DNA of 64,000 nucleotides from the NCBI GenBank assembly GCA_964016885.1, contig OZ024742.1, positions 266,476,001 to 266,540,000 of the forward strand. The letters are read 5' to 3'. The translations under genes and the position numbers were made by a program. Position 1 is the stretch's first letter; every line of letters starts with the position of its first letter. The notes under the pieces are model-generated. The model saw nothing but the letters and a program-made list of their open reading frames with translations. It was not told the DNA's origin and ran no database searches. Positions 23,345 to 40,022 of the stretch are shown here, piece after piece. The stretch is from Eledone cirrhosa (lineage: Eukaryota).

Positions 23345-26300
23345 CTATTTGTTTATTTATTTATGTTCGTCTACAGCGTGATGGTGCCACGCTAAAATCA
23401 TCGGGACGTGATGAAATTACTGGGGGTGATGAAATCACCGGTGGTTATGTAACCATACATTCACCAATCCTCGATATGAGTGTTTAAATGTCGAACCTAA
23501 ACAGTTCGAATAACGGCGAAGAGGAGACTGGAACGTCATGTGACAGACTCTCACCCAGCAAGTGCCCCCTGGCCCAGTAACAGGGACCTGGCTGTCATCC
23601 CAATACTGCTGGTGTTGGAGGAAGAAGAAGAAGGAAAGGGACAAGAACCAACTGGACGAAAGAATTGAATAGAACTGTCATGGAATGTTACCTGAAGAGT
23701 AACCCCAAGAAAAAAGGCTATAGGAAACGGATGCATAACATCTGGAACGAGATTGGTCTATTTAAATTAGATGAACAAAAATTGGCAGGGCAGGCTCGGG
23801 TAATAAGAACTAATGGATGGATAAGCGAGTTGGAACTGGAGGAACTGAGCAGAGAGATTAGGTTGGAAATGGAGAGTGGAGTATGCCAGGCAAACGAGCC
23901 AGTGGGAAATGAAGGTGAAGAGGTTGAGAGAACGAAGGAAACATGCGAAGCAGACAATGATCTGAATGCTGAAATAAATAACATCTGGGACAAAGATACG
24001 GCCATTGAGGAAATGAATGCTGACGGGCTAGGACAAGATTTGGTTGATATCCTAAACTGAGTGGTAGATGAAATGAACAATGATAGTGGGAAACCTATGA
24101 ACCTAAGATTTGTAGACAGGGAAAGGTTAAAAGAAACAACAGCTAAGGTAAACAAAGTCATCCCATACCTTGAAGCGAGGAACCTTCACCAATGCAACAA
24201 TATCCTCAAAGCAACAGCAAATGCGGTGAGGAAATTACTTGGCATAAAAACGAGAGGAAACAACAAACAAGAAAGATCAGAACCTTGGTGGAAGAAACGA
24301 CTGAATGGTCAAATCAAGGAAATGAGAAATGACATTGGAAAGCTTGAGTCCCTACTGAATGGGACACTACAAAACATAGACACTAAAAATAGACTGGAAA
24401 TAAAATACAAAACTAGGAGGAAAAAGCGAAATATCATCATAGAGGAACTGAAGCAACGCATTGTAGCAAAGAGTGCAAAGATTAGGCCGTATGAGAGCAG
24501 AGTCAGTCAGTATAGACAGAACCGCATGTTTGACAACAACCAGAAGATGTTGTTTGGACAGCTTGAAGGGAAAGAAAGAGGCAACGACTTGATCCGTGAG
24601 GCAGAGCAGACTAAGACATTCTGGAGGGGAATATGGGAGCAGGATGTTGAATATAATGATCAGGCAGTGTGGATTGAGACAGTACAAAAGGAGATTAGTG
24701 AACAAGCACATCAACAAACTGATGAAGGGCAGGCCAAAAAACTCATCAACTGGAAATCACCAGGTCCAGATGGTGTGCAGGGGTATTGGATCAAAAATAT
24801 AACATCCCTCCACCCAATACTGACAACCATGTTCAATGACTGCTTGATGTCGGGTGAGGTACCAGAGTGGTTGACAAAAGGTACCACAGTTCTGGTAATG
24901 AAAGACCGAATCAAGAGTAATGATGTTACCAACTATAGACCTATCACATGTCTGTCCGTAATGTAGAAACTGTTAACAAGCATTGTGTCTGATGAAATCT
25001 ACCATCACCTCCACATAAACAACTTGTTACCGGACGAACAGAAAGAAGTCTCGTGGTACAAAAGACCAGTTACTTATTGATAAGATGGTAATGAGGAATT
25101 GCAAGAGGAGACACACTGGTCTTGCCATGAGATGTATAGATTACAAAAAGGCATTCGACATGGTACCTCATTCTTGGATAACCAAAAGCCTAGAGATATT
25201 CAAGGTGGCAGATAACAACAGACAGTTGTTGAGCAAAAGTATGAAGTCCTGGGAAACAGATTTAACATCGGGTGGAGAATCCTTGGGAGGCGTGAAGATC
25301 AAGAGGTATTTTCCCCCTGTTGTTTATCCTTGACCTGATACCCCTGACCATTATACTGCGAAAAGTGAGAGCAGCATACAAGTTGGGAAAAGGATAGCTT
25401 ACCATCAACCACCTCCTCTTCATGGACGATCTTAAACTCTTTGGGAAGAGTGAGAAGGAGTTGGATATACTTGTTGACACTGTCCGTATTTTCAGCAATG
25501 ATATATGTATGCAATTTGGTATTAATAAGTGTGGAGTCCTAGTGATGAAGAGGTGTAAATTGAGCAGAAGCAACGGAATCCAGGTACCAACAGGTGAGAT
25601 GATAAAGGAAATTGACACTGAAGAAGGATACAAATATTTAGGTGTCCTGGAGGCAGATGACATCAAGAACAAAAAAAATGAAGGAATTGAGAAGATCTGA
25701 GTACATTAGAAGAGTAAGGAGCGTGTTAAAATCACATCTAAATAGTAGGAATGTCATAAGTGCAGTGAATTCTCGAGCTGTGTCTATTATTAGGTACAGT
25801 GCGGGAATTCTGAAATGCAATGTTGCTGAACAAAAAGAAATGGATAGGAAGACTAGGAAGCTATTGACTATCTACAAAATGTTCGACAAGAGGAGTGATG
25901 TCGATAGACTCTATTTAAAGAGATCTAAAGGTGGAAGAGGTCTTATCAGCATAGTGGACTGTGTTCAGATGGAGAAAAACAACCTACACAAATACGTGAC
26001 TGACAGTAGGGAGCCAATGCTCAGAATTGTACTGAAGGAGAGGACAATAGACCAGGGGATGTCCAAGGAGGAAATAACAACAAGGAGGAAGAGCAACCTT
26101 CATGAAAAATCCCTTCATAGTACCTTCTTTGAGAAAACTGAATTTAGAGATCCACAAACATGGAACTGGTTAAAAAGAGGAGACCTTAAAATGGCTACAG
26201 AAGGAATGCTAATGGCTGCGCAAGTGCAGGCCCTCAGAACGAAGTAGGTGAAACACTATATTTACAAGGAGGGGGCTAGCCGACTGTGTAGGATCTGTGG

Positions 26301-26940
26301 AGAGAGAGAGAGGAGACTGTGGCTCATATTGTATCCGAGTGTAAACACCTAGCTCAGACTCTCTATAAAGGCTGGAGACATGATGTGATGGGCAGGGTGA
26401 TCCACTGGCACCTATGCAAAGTAAACAATTTACCACATTTTGAGAAGTGGTATGAGCACAAGCCAGAGTCGGTGATAGAAAACGATCAGGTGAAGGTACT
26501 ATGGCATTTTAGGATACAGACGGACAAGAAACTAGAACATAATATGCCTGACCTGGTGGTTTTGGACAAGGAAAAAAAAACGTGCCTGATTGTAGATGTA
26601 GCCTGCCCATTCGACACGAGAGTGCAAGAAAAGTAGAGGGAGAAAATTAACCGATACCAGGTCTTAAAATGGGAGTTGAAAAGGATTTGGAACTGCCATG
26701 AAGTCAGGGTGATCCCGATTGTCATAGGCGCACTAGGTACTATCTCAAAGAGTTTCCAAGGATGGTTAAAGAAAATTAGTCCAGCCCCGCTTTTTGGAAC
26801 ACTTCATGCTTGCTGGGAACAGCAAGAACCCTCCGATACGTCCTGAATATCTGAGGCTGCAGGTAGTGGCTTGATATTCATTTCAACAAACTTTCCAGTT
26901 AAATAACATCAATGACTGAGACTCAAAGAACAATAATAAT
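23345..26940 (+). mobile_element. Full-length but decayed R4/Dong-type element (family B) with (AAT)n tail
   Basis: NWTKELNRTVMECY N-terminal motif, [40 protein letters not shown], zinc knuckle, PD...IVDVACP endonuclease; many stops and frameshifts. Confidence 0.9.
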
Positions 26941-26943
26941 AAT

Positions 26944-27127
26944 TGTTTCTACTTTTGGCACAAGGCCAGCAAATACCCAGTACATTACTGGTACTTTATT
27001 TTATCGACCCCGCGAGGATGAAAGACAAAGTTAACCTCGGCAGGATTTGAACTCGGAATGGCAAGGGCCGTAACTCTATGCGTCAAAGCAAGGTGTCCAA
27101 CCCTCTACCGATACTGCCAATTCACCA
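26944..27127 (-). mobile_element. SINE (same family as 8255-8453) inserted in the R4 (AAT)n tail
   Basis: Close match to 8255-8440; (aat)n on both sides. Confidence 0.88.
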
Positions 27128-27145
27128 ATAATAATAATAATAAAT

Positions 27146-27296
27146 GTGAAGACTAACATCCAAACAGGGCTCGATAAGGATGAATATATATCAAATATAT
27201 AAGAACCTTAGAGCAAATATTTATTAAAATAACAGATTAAAGTTAAGGGCGAAAGCAGTGATTCTTTGCTTAAACTTTAATCTGTTATTTTAATAA
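27146..27296. mobile_element. Small fold-back repeat, same family as 42518-42713, holding the 3' half of a hammerhead
   Basis: gaagactaa...gggctcgataagga...gagcaaatatttattaa shared with 42520-42600; ttattaaaataacagattaaagtt is inverted at 27273-27295. Confidence 0.7.
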
Positions 27297-27354
<58 letters not shown>

Positions 27355-27588
27355 TTTGTTGAGCAAATTGCAACTTGCTAAACTACGAGGATATTGGCTG
27401 TTTCAATTGATGAAATTGTGAGCACATTAACGTTTTTATATGTTAATCTATCGATACAATAATTACAATGTTTTCATAGCTTAGGCCTCTGGCTGGGAAT
27501 GTATTATAATTAATCCTATGCGTGTATTCCAAATGAATTTCTTGAGTAAATTGTAAACAACGAGATCGAAATCACTGGGTATCGATCT

Positions 27589-28399
<811 letters not shown>

Positions 28400-28977
28400 T
28401 TCAGTATATGTATCTATAGATATTAATGTGTGGGTAGATGATTATGTTCATATATATCCACCCACTTAGGCTTTCTTAAAATATCTATATGTGTAGCTAT
28501 ACTTATATATTAAAACTTAATCATACTTTTATTTCTCAACATAAGTAAGATTGAATTCTATTTTCTCTTAATAATTGACATAGTAAATCATACTATCAGT
28601 ACTTTTATCATGATGCAATTAGCTTTATTGGGATTGTCCAATACTTCATTTCTCACTACTTTGATCCGCTGTTAGAGTAGGCACTGTATTTATCTGTACC
28701 CTTATATATTTATAACTTTTAGTTGTCTCTATCGCACCATTCTGTCTTTAGGTGAGAATATCTATATGTTCGATAGTATGCACACTCACATCAGTTTGGA
28801 ATGTTGTTTATATATGTATCATGTAATACATACGTCTTTTAAAAGGTCCATGCATTGCATTCATTGTCCCGTAACTCGCGAGTGAGTCGTATTGACATAC
28901 AGCTTTTCTAGGGTATTTTAAAACCTGGCGAAGCCCAACCCCATCCAGGTCTAAGCACAGCAGATTTCTTCCAGAGA

Positions 28978-29011
<34 letters not shown>

Positions 29012-29020
29012 TATATATCC

Positions 29021-29110
<90 letters not shown>

Positions 29111-29139
29111 TGAAGTAAAGTAAGAGATACAGAGGAAGA

Positions 29140-29296
29140 ATCATCCCCAGTCCAGACTGGCACTTTTCTATCGATCTCGAATGGATGAAAGGCAAAGTTG
29201 ATCTCGACGGGGTTTGAATTCAGAGAGCAGAGAGCCGGAACGCTTACCGCAAAACCTTCTATACGATGTTCTAACGGCTCTGCCAATTCGCCGTCT
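29140..29296 (-). mobile_element. Diverged SINE copy
   Basis: tatcgatctcgaatggatgaaaggcaaagttgatctcgacggggtttgaattcaga matches the SINE body. Confidence 0.75.
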
Positions 29297-32162
29297 TATT
29301 TGAAAGGTACGGTCAACTGGCTGAGGCGTTAGCCAGACCCGTAGTGATATCTGTTGCTACATATTGTCTATGCTTGAAGGAACGAAAGAAAGAGATGTTT
29401 ACCTTCACGGTGTCGAGCTGCAAGAGAGAGAGAGAGAGAGAGAGAGTTTCGAATCGTCACGAGAATCCTCCCTCTGGGCGGAAGTCGAGATACATTCTCC
29501 TACGCTGGTAGCGATTGGCTGAACTGAGCCAAACAACGCACGGAGAATGTATCCATGAGCCCTCAGAATGTAGGTCACTACAAGTACCTGGCAGTAAAAC
29601 TGGCCTGAGCTCAATTTATAGGTGCTTCTCCACATCAAGCCAGTGTATATCTCATTTATCTACTTACCTATGTTAATGTATATATGTATGAACTCTGCAT
29701 TGTCAGTTCATGAAATGTTCATTCACTATAATTCTATCTCGTCGCTTCAATTAAAGAAGTGAGATAGTACCAACATTAGCTAAGTGTTGAAATTCAGATT
29801 TGTATTAATTTCTCAGTCGTGAACACAGCGGGATATCGGAGATTTTTGTGAGAGTGCAAATAATATCAAGATTAGCACTTACACCACACAACCAATATAT
29901 TCCGAATCGATAAACTATGTAACGGTGTTCGCGGAAGAATGCTAATAGAATGGGATTAAGAGACTATAATAGAATTCCTTTATTTTACACTTGCAGTAGT
30001 AAAGTGTTGGTGCATACATTGGAATTTGAACTGATACATCTCAATAGATAAATGGAAGAAATAATATAGATATCACGTATAACGCAAATAAAACGGTTGT
30101 TACACATATTAGAGATGAAAGTGAAACCACATATTATACAGCTACAATGGTGCCTATATATATAATATAAGTAAAACATATTACCACATAATATAGTGCT
30201 TACATGTTTCATATAGATAAAATAGTTACCACGTATATAAATAAATAAGTTTAATATATCTATAATATATTATAGCTACCATATATTACGATGTTGATAA
30301 ATAGTTATGGCATATAATATAGTAAAATACCGATATCATCTACAACATAGGTGCAACAGTTCTGATATATGATATAGATGAAATACAGTATTTGACATAG
30401 ACACAGTTGTGTTTAATTATACGATATAGATGATTAGCTGTTGGATATGACAAAATAAATGTAAATTCCCGCATAGAATATCTGAAATAATTATTACATA
30501 TAACATAGGAACAATAGATCTCACATATAATACAGATAAAATGTATATCATATATTATAATATGGATTGAACTAATGTTATGCTAGAACTGGAAATTAGG
30601 AAGTATATCTTACATAAAGCAACACAACATTTCGGAAACAATGAGAGTTGTCAAACTCCGAGTCTCTGCAATATCTGCATCACTTAGTAAACTTCTTGTT
30701 AATCCCCCACTTGATGTTTCATGAACAGAAACAAAAACATATGTTATCTCTGCTGATATTCTAGGCTTCAGAACACAGAAACAACAAGACTGCTTCAACA
30801 ATGATAATTCAGAAATAGCCTATACATCAAGCATACATTACACCAGAAATTGCTGAAACAGTAGATTGACGCACCATAAATCAGCAGTGCAGAAAGAAAA
30901 GGACCCCCCCCCCCCCCAAAAAAAAAATCTGCGGTGGTTGAGCATATTCACAGTTAATCAACTCGAGTTTGACAAAAAGGACCAATAAACGACGTGCAGA
31001 TTATTATTTAGTTGTCGCCATACAGCCACTGTTCTACTCCGCTCAATAGGTCCACCTTGATCAGTAGTAATATTGAAGGTACTCTGAAACGACGAATAGA
31101 GTATTTCACAAATTTATTTCAAAAGAAAACAACAGAGTATGTAAAGGCTACCACTAAATAGATCAGGAAAGATCTCAGCAATTAATGGTGTTTTTTATTT
31201 ACCCCAAGCAAGACAATAAACCACTAAAATGCAAGAGGTTACTTCAAAAGGAAAAGGACAAAACAAATGAAACATAATTCAAGGAGAGAGAAGATGGCGA
31301 TTGATATTGCAAATTGTAGTGATCAGGAAAACAAGAAGTCGGAAGAAAATTCCATAGGGGAGATGTGTGAAGAAAGAAACTATTTGAATAGAACTTGTGA
31401 TGGCATTTAGGAACGTAACCGAATCGAGTATATTAAACCAGGTGGAGATGAACTAGTTACTCTTGTGAATACTTTGATAATTAATGATTAATAGTAGGGA
31501 ATGGCTCTCAGTTCCTCAATATCAGAGAGATGCAATACTAATCTGAATATTTAATGGAAAAGGTGTGAAGTCAAACTGTGGTTATTTTCCTGTTATTTCC
31601 TTACTAGTAACTCTTTGTAAGACATTTACTGAATTGTTTGTAGACACACATATGATCCATAATTATTCCAGAGTCTCAATGCAGATCTGAATCGGGTATA
31701 AATACGCCGATTGATAAAGCTTATAAAAAACGGAAAGAGTGGTCAATCGCCACTTTGAGGGTAATCGAAAGCACGTCCACACGGTATATGGAAGCTGTGA
31801 GTTAGAGTCTCATGTGTGGCGCTGTCCACATTTTCCCGTCTCTGGGGGCTGATATGTCCTACTTGTTTTACTATTTGGCTAAAACGTGCGTTATAGCTAT
31901 TAACTTTACTCTAATGTCTTAATTTTCGAAGGTTCGTAACTTGCTCAGTGCTTCTAAGGATAGATTATCTTTTACACACACACACACACACAAAATATTC
32001 ATATCTAGAAACAAGAGTTTCTAAGCTGAAATGAGTATTTGATATATGTTAATAAAAACTCATTAATAGTTTATACATTCATAAAATTTCATGTTCTACT
32101 CACTTATCAGAAATCCTTTATAAGTGCGTGAAACGGGAAATTTCTACTGTAGGACATAAAGT

Positions 32163-32291
<129 letters not shown>

Positions 32292-32436
32292 GTTTAAATT
32301 TGGTGATTTACAACTGGGTAGAATTGGTCATTCACCAATGTTAACCATGACGTAATATGAGAAAAGCACTTGACGTTAAGCAACTCATCCGTCTTTGATG
32401 TTGAATCATGTTGATGGTGCGGAAACGAAGTATCTG

Positions 32437-32711
32437 TATTATAAAGTGAAATTACAGAGACGGCGAGGGATGATAACAACATGGTGCTTCGTTCGTATCT
32501 GTGTCAAAAACACTTTTTTTTCTTCTCTGATTTTTTTCTTTGCTTGTTTCCTTAAAGCTTACCCTCATTTTGTTGACATACATCTGTTACGCAATTTACA
32601 CCTGAAGATGTCACCAGGTTCTTACGCAACCTGGCCACTGAAATGTGCATAGTGTTTGCAGAAATAAATAATTAAGGAAATTCAACATATTTGGCCTCCT
32701 GTAATTTCACT

Positions 32712-32719
<8 letters not shown>
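32437..32719. mobile_element. Short element with 20-bp terminal inverted repeat enclosing a hammerhead (PLE pLTR-like)
   Basis: attataaagtgaaattacag at ~32438 and ctgtaatttcactttataat at ~32699; followed by (TA)n. Confidence 0.6.
32598..32655 (+). ncRNA. Type I hammerhead ribozyme
   Basis: acac-CTGAAGA-tgtca ccaggtt cttacgc aacctgg ccact-GAAA-tgtgca-TA-gtgt. Confidence 0.75.
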
Positions 32720-32783
<64 letters not shown>

Positions 32784-35614
32784 GTATACACATACATATT
32801 TAAATGTTTGTATGAATGTCTCTGTGTATGCGTGTGTGTGTGGGTGGGGGATTACGTAAAAGGTTTAACAAGGATTTTATTGTATTAGAGAAATAAAATA
32901 ATAATAATATAATAAAGCTTTTCCTGTTTTCTTTTGTTGTTTTGTCATCAAAATTAAGACCAATTTATTCTATTTCCGTCTGTAACATTCATTACAACAT
33001 TTGTTGAGAAGGAAATAATTTATACTGTTGGGAAACACGAAATATTTCGTTACGCGTGACATCATGTGCCCTGTAACTGGAGATTATCAAACTGGAACTA
33101 GCTGCAGGTCAACGCAATCTACAGATCTAGAATAATAATTTAATGAGGTAACTCTATAACTGTTGAAATGAAAGCTATTCACAATTGCCAAATTATTTTT
33201 TTTGTGTGTGATTTTTCTAGCCGTAATGCCATTAGGTTTTGCGTCATATTTTTGAAACATATTTACCGTATTTCTTAAAAGAATAAGCAGAAACATACTA
33301 ACAATGAGATAATATTTGTGGTTTCTCCCTTTCAATACAAAACTAAGTAGGCTTGGACGGGACAGAAATAGTTTATTTTTAAAGCGACAATTGGTGTTCA
33401 AGATGTATGACGTTTTGAAATACAGTATTGTCTGAAACCGTTTGATGTTGCTAGTTATTTTTCAGAACACTTAGAGAGCTGAAAAAATGCTTAATGGTAT
33501 TTGTTCTATCTTTTTGACAAATGATAAACTTCGAATTTTATTCTTTCGGAGTCGATATGGAATTTAGGAGTTCAGGAAAGCAGAAAGGCATAAAGTTGAG
33601 ATGCCTTACGACAGCTCTTCCTGCACATTTCCAATCACCGTTCTTCAAAAGATAGGTTCATCTGAACTCACCTAATAATGATAAGTTCCCAATGTCAAAC
33701 ACAGCTATGCGTCGATTGTAACAGTTTCTCGTACACAACAAAAGGATATATTTAATTAATTTGCACCACTTAATTAATACAGAAAAAGTTTTGATTGAAT
33801 CAACATCACTCAAGCAAGACAATTGAAAAATCTTTCAAATTACACAATGTCATGTTAAAGAAAGGAAGGACAAGTATTCCTCTGTGACCTCACTATATCG
33901 CGTGTGAAAACGAATCTCTATATGGAAGAATCTTCACCAAGGTAAAGGCTTCGGCCATGTTTTTTTTCGGAAGATCAGCCGTCGACCGTGCATGAAAATC
34001 TCCCATCTCTACGCCACCAATGTTGCCCAAAGGAAAGGCAAGAGTCAATATAGCGTCGTTGGCAAACTCAGAATGCAAAGAGTTGAAAGCGATTCCACGA
34101 GGTATCATGTCCGGTGCTTTAAAAAATCCACGAATCTGGACTAGTATTTTATTTCTTTACTCCAAAACGATGGCAAGTAAAGTTGATATCCTCAGGTTTG
34201 AACTCGAAATGCAGAAAGCCAAAACAACTATCAGTTGCTTTCTGCTGGGCCTGCACGAAAGTGAAGTCGGGAAAGAACACTCAGAGTCAATGCTGGTGAG
34301 AACCACCGGTGTACGCCCAGCAGGAGACAGTCAAGAACGAACATTTAGAACAGATGCGAGCAGGCAAAACCAGTAGAAGGCAGTTGAGAGCGAAACGTCG
34401 GAGTCGATGCAGATAAGCAATACCTGTGCATCCACAGCAGAAGGCAGCCAAGAACAAACGCTCGGAACCAATGCAGGTGAGTTCTACACATGCACGCCCA
34501 GCGGAAGGAGCCAATACAGATGAGCACCATTAGCGCACGCCCTTCTCCGCAGAGCCGGAGCTCCGTGTCAGGACAATGCCCGTGATTCGTTCTCAGCCGC
34601 CAGCAACTTGTCTACGTGGCACTGGCACGTATAAATTTTAAAACACTACCTACTTACATGAATCATTACTGTGTTGGACTAAGTTGTTGGTGATGTTTTT
34701 TGTCACTCGTTTCCACATATTTGAAGAAGATTAAGGTGGGAACACTTTTGAGAAAACTTTTAATTTGGATAAAAGTTTTCGACAAAACATTTGAAAAATT
34801 TTGTTGAAACATTTTGAAAAAATTTGTTGAAATACTTTGGTTAAATACTTTGTAATCTGTTATGGAAATTTTGTGAAATTTTGCGAAAAGTTTTAATGAA
34901 TTATAAATGAAATGTTTTTGGAATATTTTATTTGTGTGCCTGTGTATTTCACCAATATATATTAGTGAAGGTTGTAAACAGCAGTTAAAATTCTGTTCAC
35001 TTTGAAGAAAAGCCGTTGCGAATTTTTATCTGAATAATTATAGGCACTACATTTTTTTAATTGCTGGGTCTGGAGGAAGGAGATGTGTGCCCATTAATGT
35101 TATAACCCTTCATGATTAATGAGATTGGCGCTGTTGATGATCAATGTAGGAGTAAGGAGATGTTGATGTTCAGTTTGTGTAGTAAGGACATGTGCGAAAT
35201 ATCAAAGAGATGAATTTTGGGGCGTAATGACTATGTATAGTGTTTAGTGTAGGTGTGAGCACAATTTTGGTGATGAAATGGGAAGAAGGAGAAAGAAGAA
35301 GAAAAGACATGTTAGGCATGAGGTTAGCCACTTCCGAAGAGGACATTGTAGAAGTGGTTAGAAAGGGCAGAGAAGGAAACAGAAGATCAGTAGGCCAAAG
35401 AGTGGAGTGTGTCTGTCAGTGACGTTATGCTAATCAGACTAGTGGCCTTCCTCTAGCTGTAATCCAGAATATGCAGTGCAACAGATTGGTGTCTTGGAAA
35501 CTTGTTCAACCAATAACGCTCATAATAAACCAATAATTGTTTTGTAGGTTATAGGTTCAGTAGCTAAGTTGTATAATTGTGTTTTTGTGGGAAAGGCGGC
35601 TGTCATAAACACGA

Positions 35615-37577
<1,963 letters not shown>

Positions 37578-37664
37578 GTGTGCGTGCGTGTGCGGGTGTG
37601 AATGTGTGTTTATGTATACATACATGCACACAGAGATACATATATTTAGGAGAAAAAAATTGCA

Positions 37665-37903
37665 GAACAAAGCCAGCTTGCAGGAGATCCAGAGGCAGAC
37701 CACGAACCAGATGGTTAGATAACATCTATAAAGACGGCTGGTCTAACTTGGGGTTCCAGTCGGATCATTTGGAGACGGTTGCTTCTGATAGGAACCTTTT
37801 GAAATTAGTGTCGGAGGATTGGCCCCATGACACTCTCCGGTAGAAGAAGAAGAAGAAGAAGAAGAAGAAGAAGAAGAAGAAGAAGAAGAAGAAGAAGAAG
37901 AAG
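37665..37903 (+). mobile_element. 3' end of a second RTE family with (GAA)n tail
   Basis: RSRGRPRTRWLDNI ORF-end motif; reverse complement of 62375-62540. Confidence 0.8.
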
Positions 37904-38869
37904 AACAACAACAACAACAACAACAACAGCAACAGCAACAACAACAACAACAACAATTACAACAATAACAACTTTTACTCATAGATTTGCTAGCCTGAAA
38001 AAGCCAGAAGTAGTTCCAAAGAAGATCGACCATTCGCTCCTGTCGTACTCCTGCTACGAGTGCAGTTATCGTGTTAGTGTCCGCTTGCATCGGAGTCGAC
38101 ATCTGAGTCGACCGTTTGCTTCATTGTCTTGCTACAGGTGCACTATTAGTGCTCACCCGCGTCGACTCTGAGCGTCATTCTAATGATTTTGTCAATTTGC
38201 CACCTTAATGTAGTTCGGGATATCTAGAAAAAGATGGGAGGGTTATGATAGGAATATCGTTGATCCTAGGTCTGTTTGATCAGAATGGGTCTGGGGTTAG
38301 GGAACAACACGCATTAAATAAGCCACCGAGGGGAATTCTATATGATCTATCAACCTGTAGAAATAGCAGCCAAATCTCATTTAAATTACACCACCCCTTG
38401 ATAAAAAGAAGGGCATATTGGATAATATAATCCATCATTTCTGAAAATAAAACGTGGAGGTCATGGCTGGAAAGAGCTTGATCATAGGTTCATTCGATTA
38501 GAGTTGACCAGGAGTTAAATAATAGTAGCAACAGCAACAACAACAGCAGCAGTAGCAGCAACAATAAAAACAACTATCAGGGTTAAAGAGACAGAATGCA
38601 CTGTGAAGAGAAAGCGACACACTGTGTCTTCCACTCTCTTCTGCAATAGGCTTGTATTGATACTCTGCTATCCTCATTTCTGCATGTGTGAATGCATATG
38701 TTCTATGAATCATAATTTGTTGTGAGGCATAAAAAGAAGATACCCTTTTGCTCACTATATTGCGTATGTTTGCACTGGCTTAACTAATGTTTTATGTGGA
38801 TGGAGTATCAAGAACGTTCCTCTTAGTTATTATGTTAAGTTGCCAGCTCCCTATACATCTATATCACCT

Positions 38870-39255
38870 TGATCACCTTGACCGACCAGTCTGTCGGGCG
38901 CCGCTGGTCACAGGACGTGCTGTTTTAGCCATACGATGACGCCATCCCACTGGCTGGGCGGACAGGCCGTAAGTCTAAAGTCTGTCTTAAGCCGGAAGGC
39001 TCATTTGGCCGGTGCTTATCTCGGTTTTATAGCGTGAAGCGACTGAGAGTACAAGACTTCCCCCCGGACAGGACACCAGTCCATCGCAGTCCACCTCCAG
39101 CTAGTGCTGGTACTCATTTTCAGCCGAGTAAACTGGAGCAACGTGAAATAAAATGTTTTGCTCAAGGAAACAACATATCACCCGGTCCGAGAATTGAACT
39201 CACAACCTTTCGATTGCAAGCCTACTGCTCTAACCACTAAGCCATGCGCCTTCAC
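38870..39255 (-). mobile_element. tRNA-derived SINE (second family)
   Basis: Minus-strand head gtgaaggcgcatggcttagtggttag (A box) ... gtgagttcaattc (B box); the head recurs at 63600-63663. Confidence 0.8.
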
Positions 39256-39948
39256 ACATCTATATAGTGATACTCAACTACTAAATATGCTAAGTACATC
39301 TAATGGGACCGAACCATGTCCAGGATCATCACTTACCAAAGATGTCACATACTGAAGAGTAAATAGTATCAATAAATATTTATCCTTGAGCTAATGTTTT
39401 ACTCGCCTCGTAGTGTTTGTAATTCACACTTACGTAATTAATATGTTACTCTTTTGTCTTAACCTCACTGTCGCCTCTTTGTCACGGCAAGATTGCTATT
39501 CTGTTACCCAAGCCAGCTTGCCTCCTTTTGGGATGACCAGATTGTCTCTCCTTTGCCTTGATCAGATTTATTTACACTAGTTATTAATCCATTGGTCGTT
39601 CCTATATCTCATTACCAAAGTAATATTTTGGCTCACTATATTAAGTATGTTAACATTCACAGCTTATTTACTGATGTATATTTAGTGAACACAAAAATAG
39701 TATTAGTAATATGTGAATGGTTCGAGTTGGGATGTATGTATATATATATATATGAGAAAAACCACAAACCCTCCATCTCAATTCTACTTTTGAAAAGCAG
39801 AAGACTGCGAAACCTGTAAAGGAACAAAATAAATATATATTTAAAAAAAAAGAGACTCCAGTTGCATTTTCAATTTCATCTTTTTTTCCTTATACTTTCA
39901 CTCGTGTAGGACACTTCGTTTTTTTTTCATTTTGTAAAAAAACCTCAC

Positions 39949-40022
<74 letters not shown>

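Noticed and set aside
30610-30820. Minus-strand exon ending at a GTAAG donor
   Set aside because: No recognisable product or partner exon; could be chance
33087-33401. 104-aa minus-strand ORF with one hydrophobic stretch
   Set aside because: No recognisable motif, non-ATG start, ends in tandem stops
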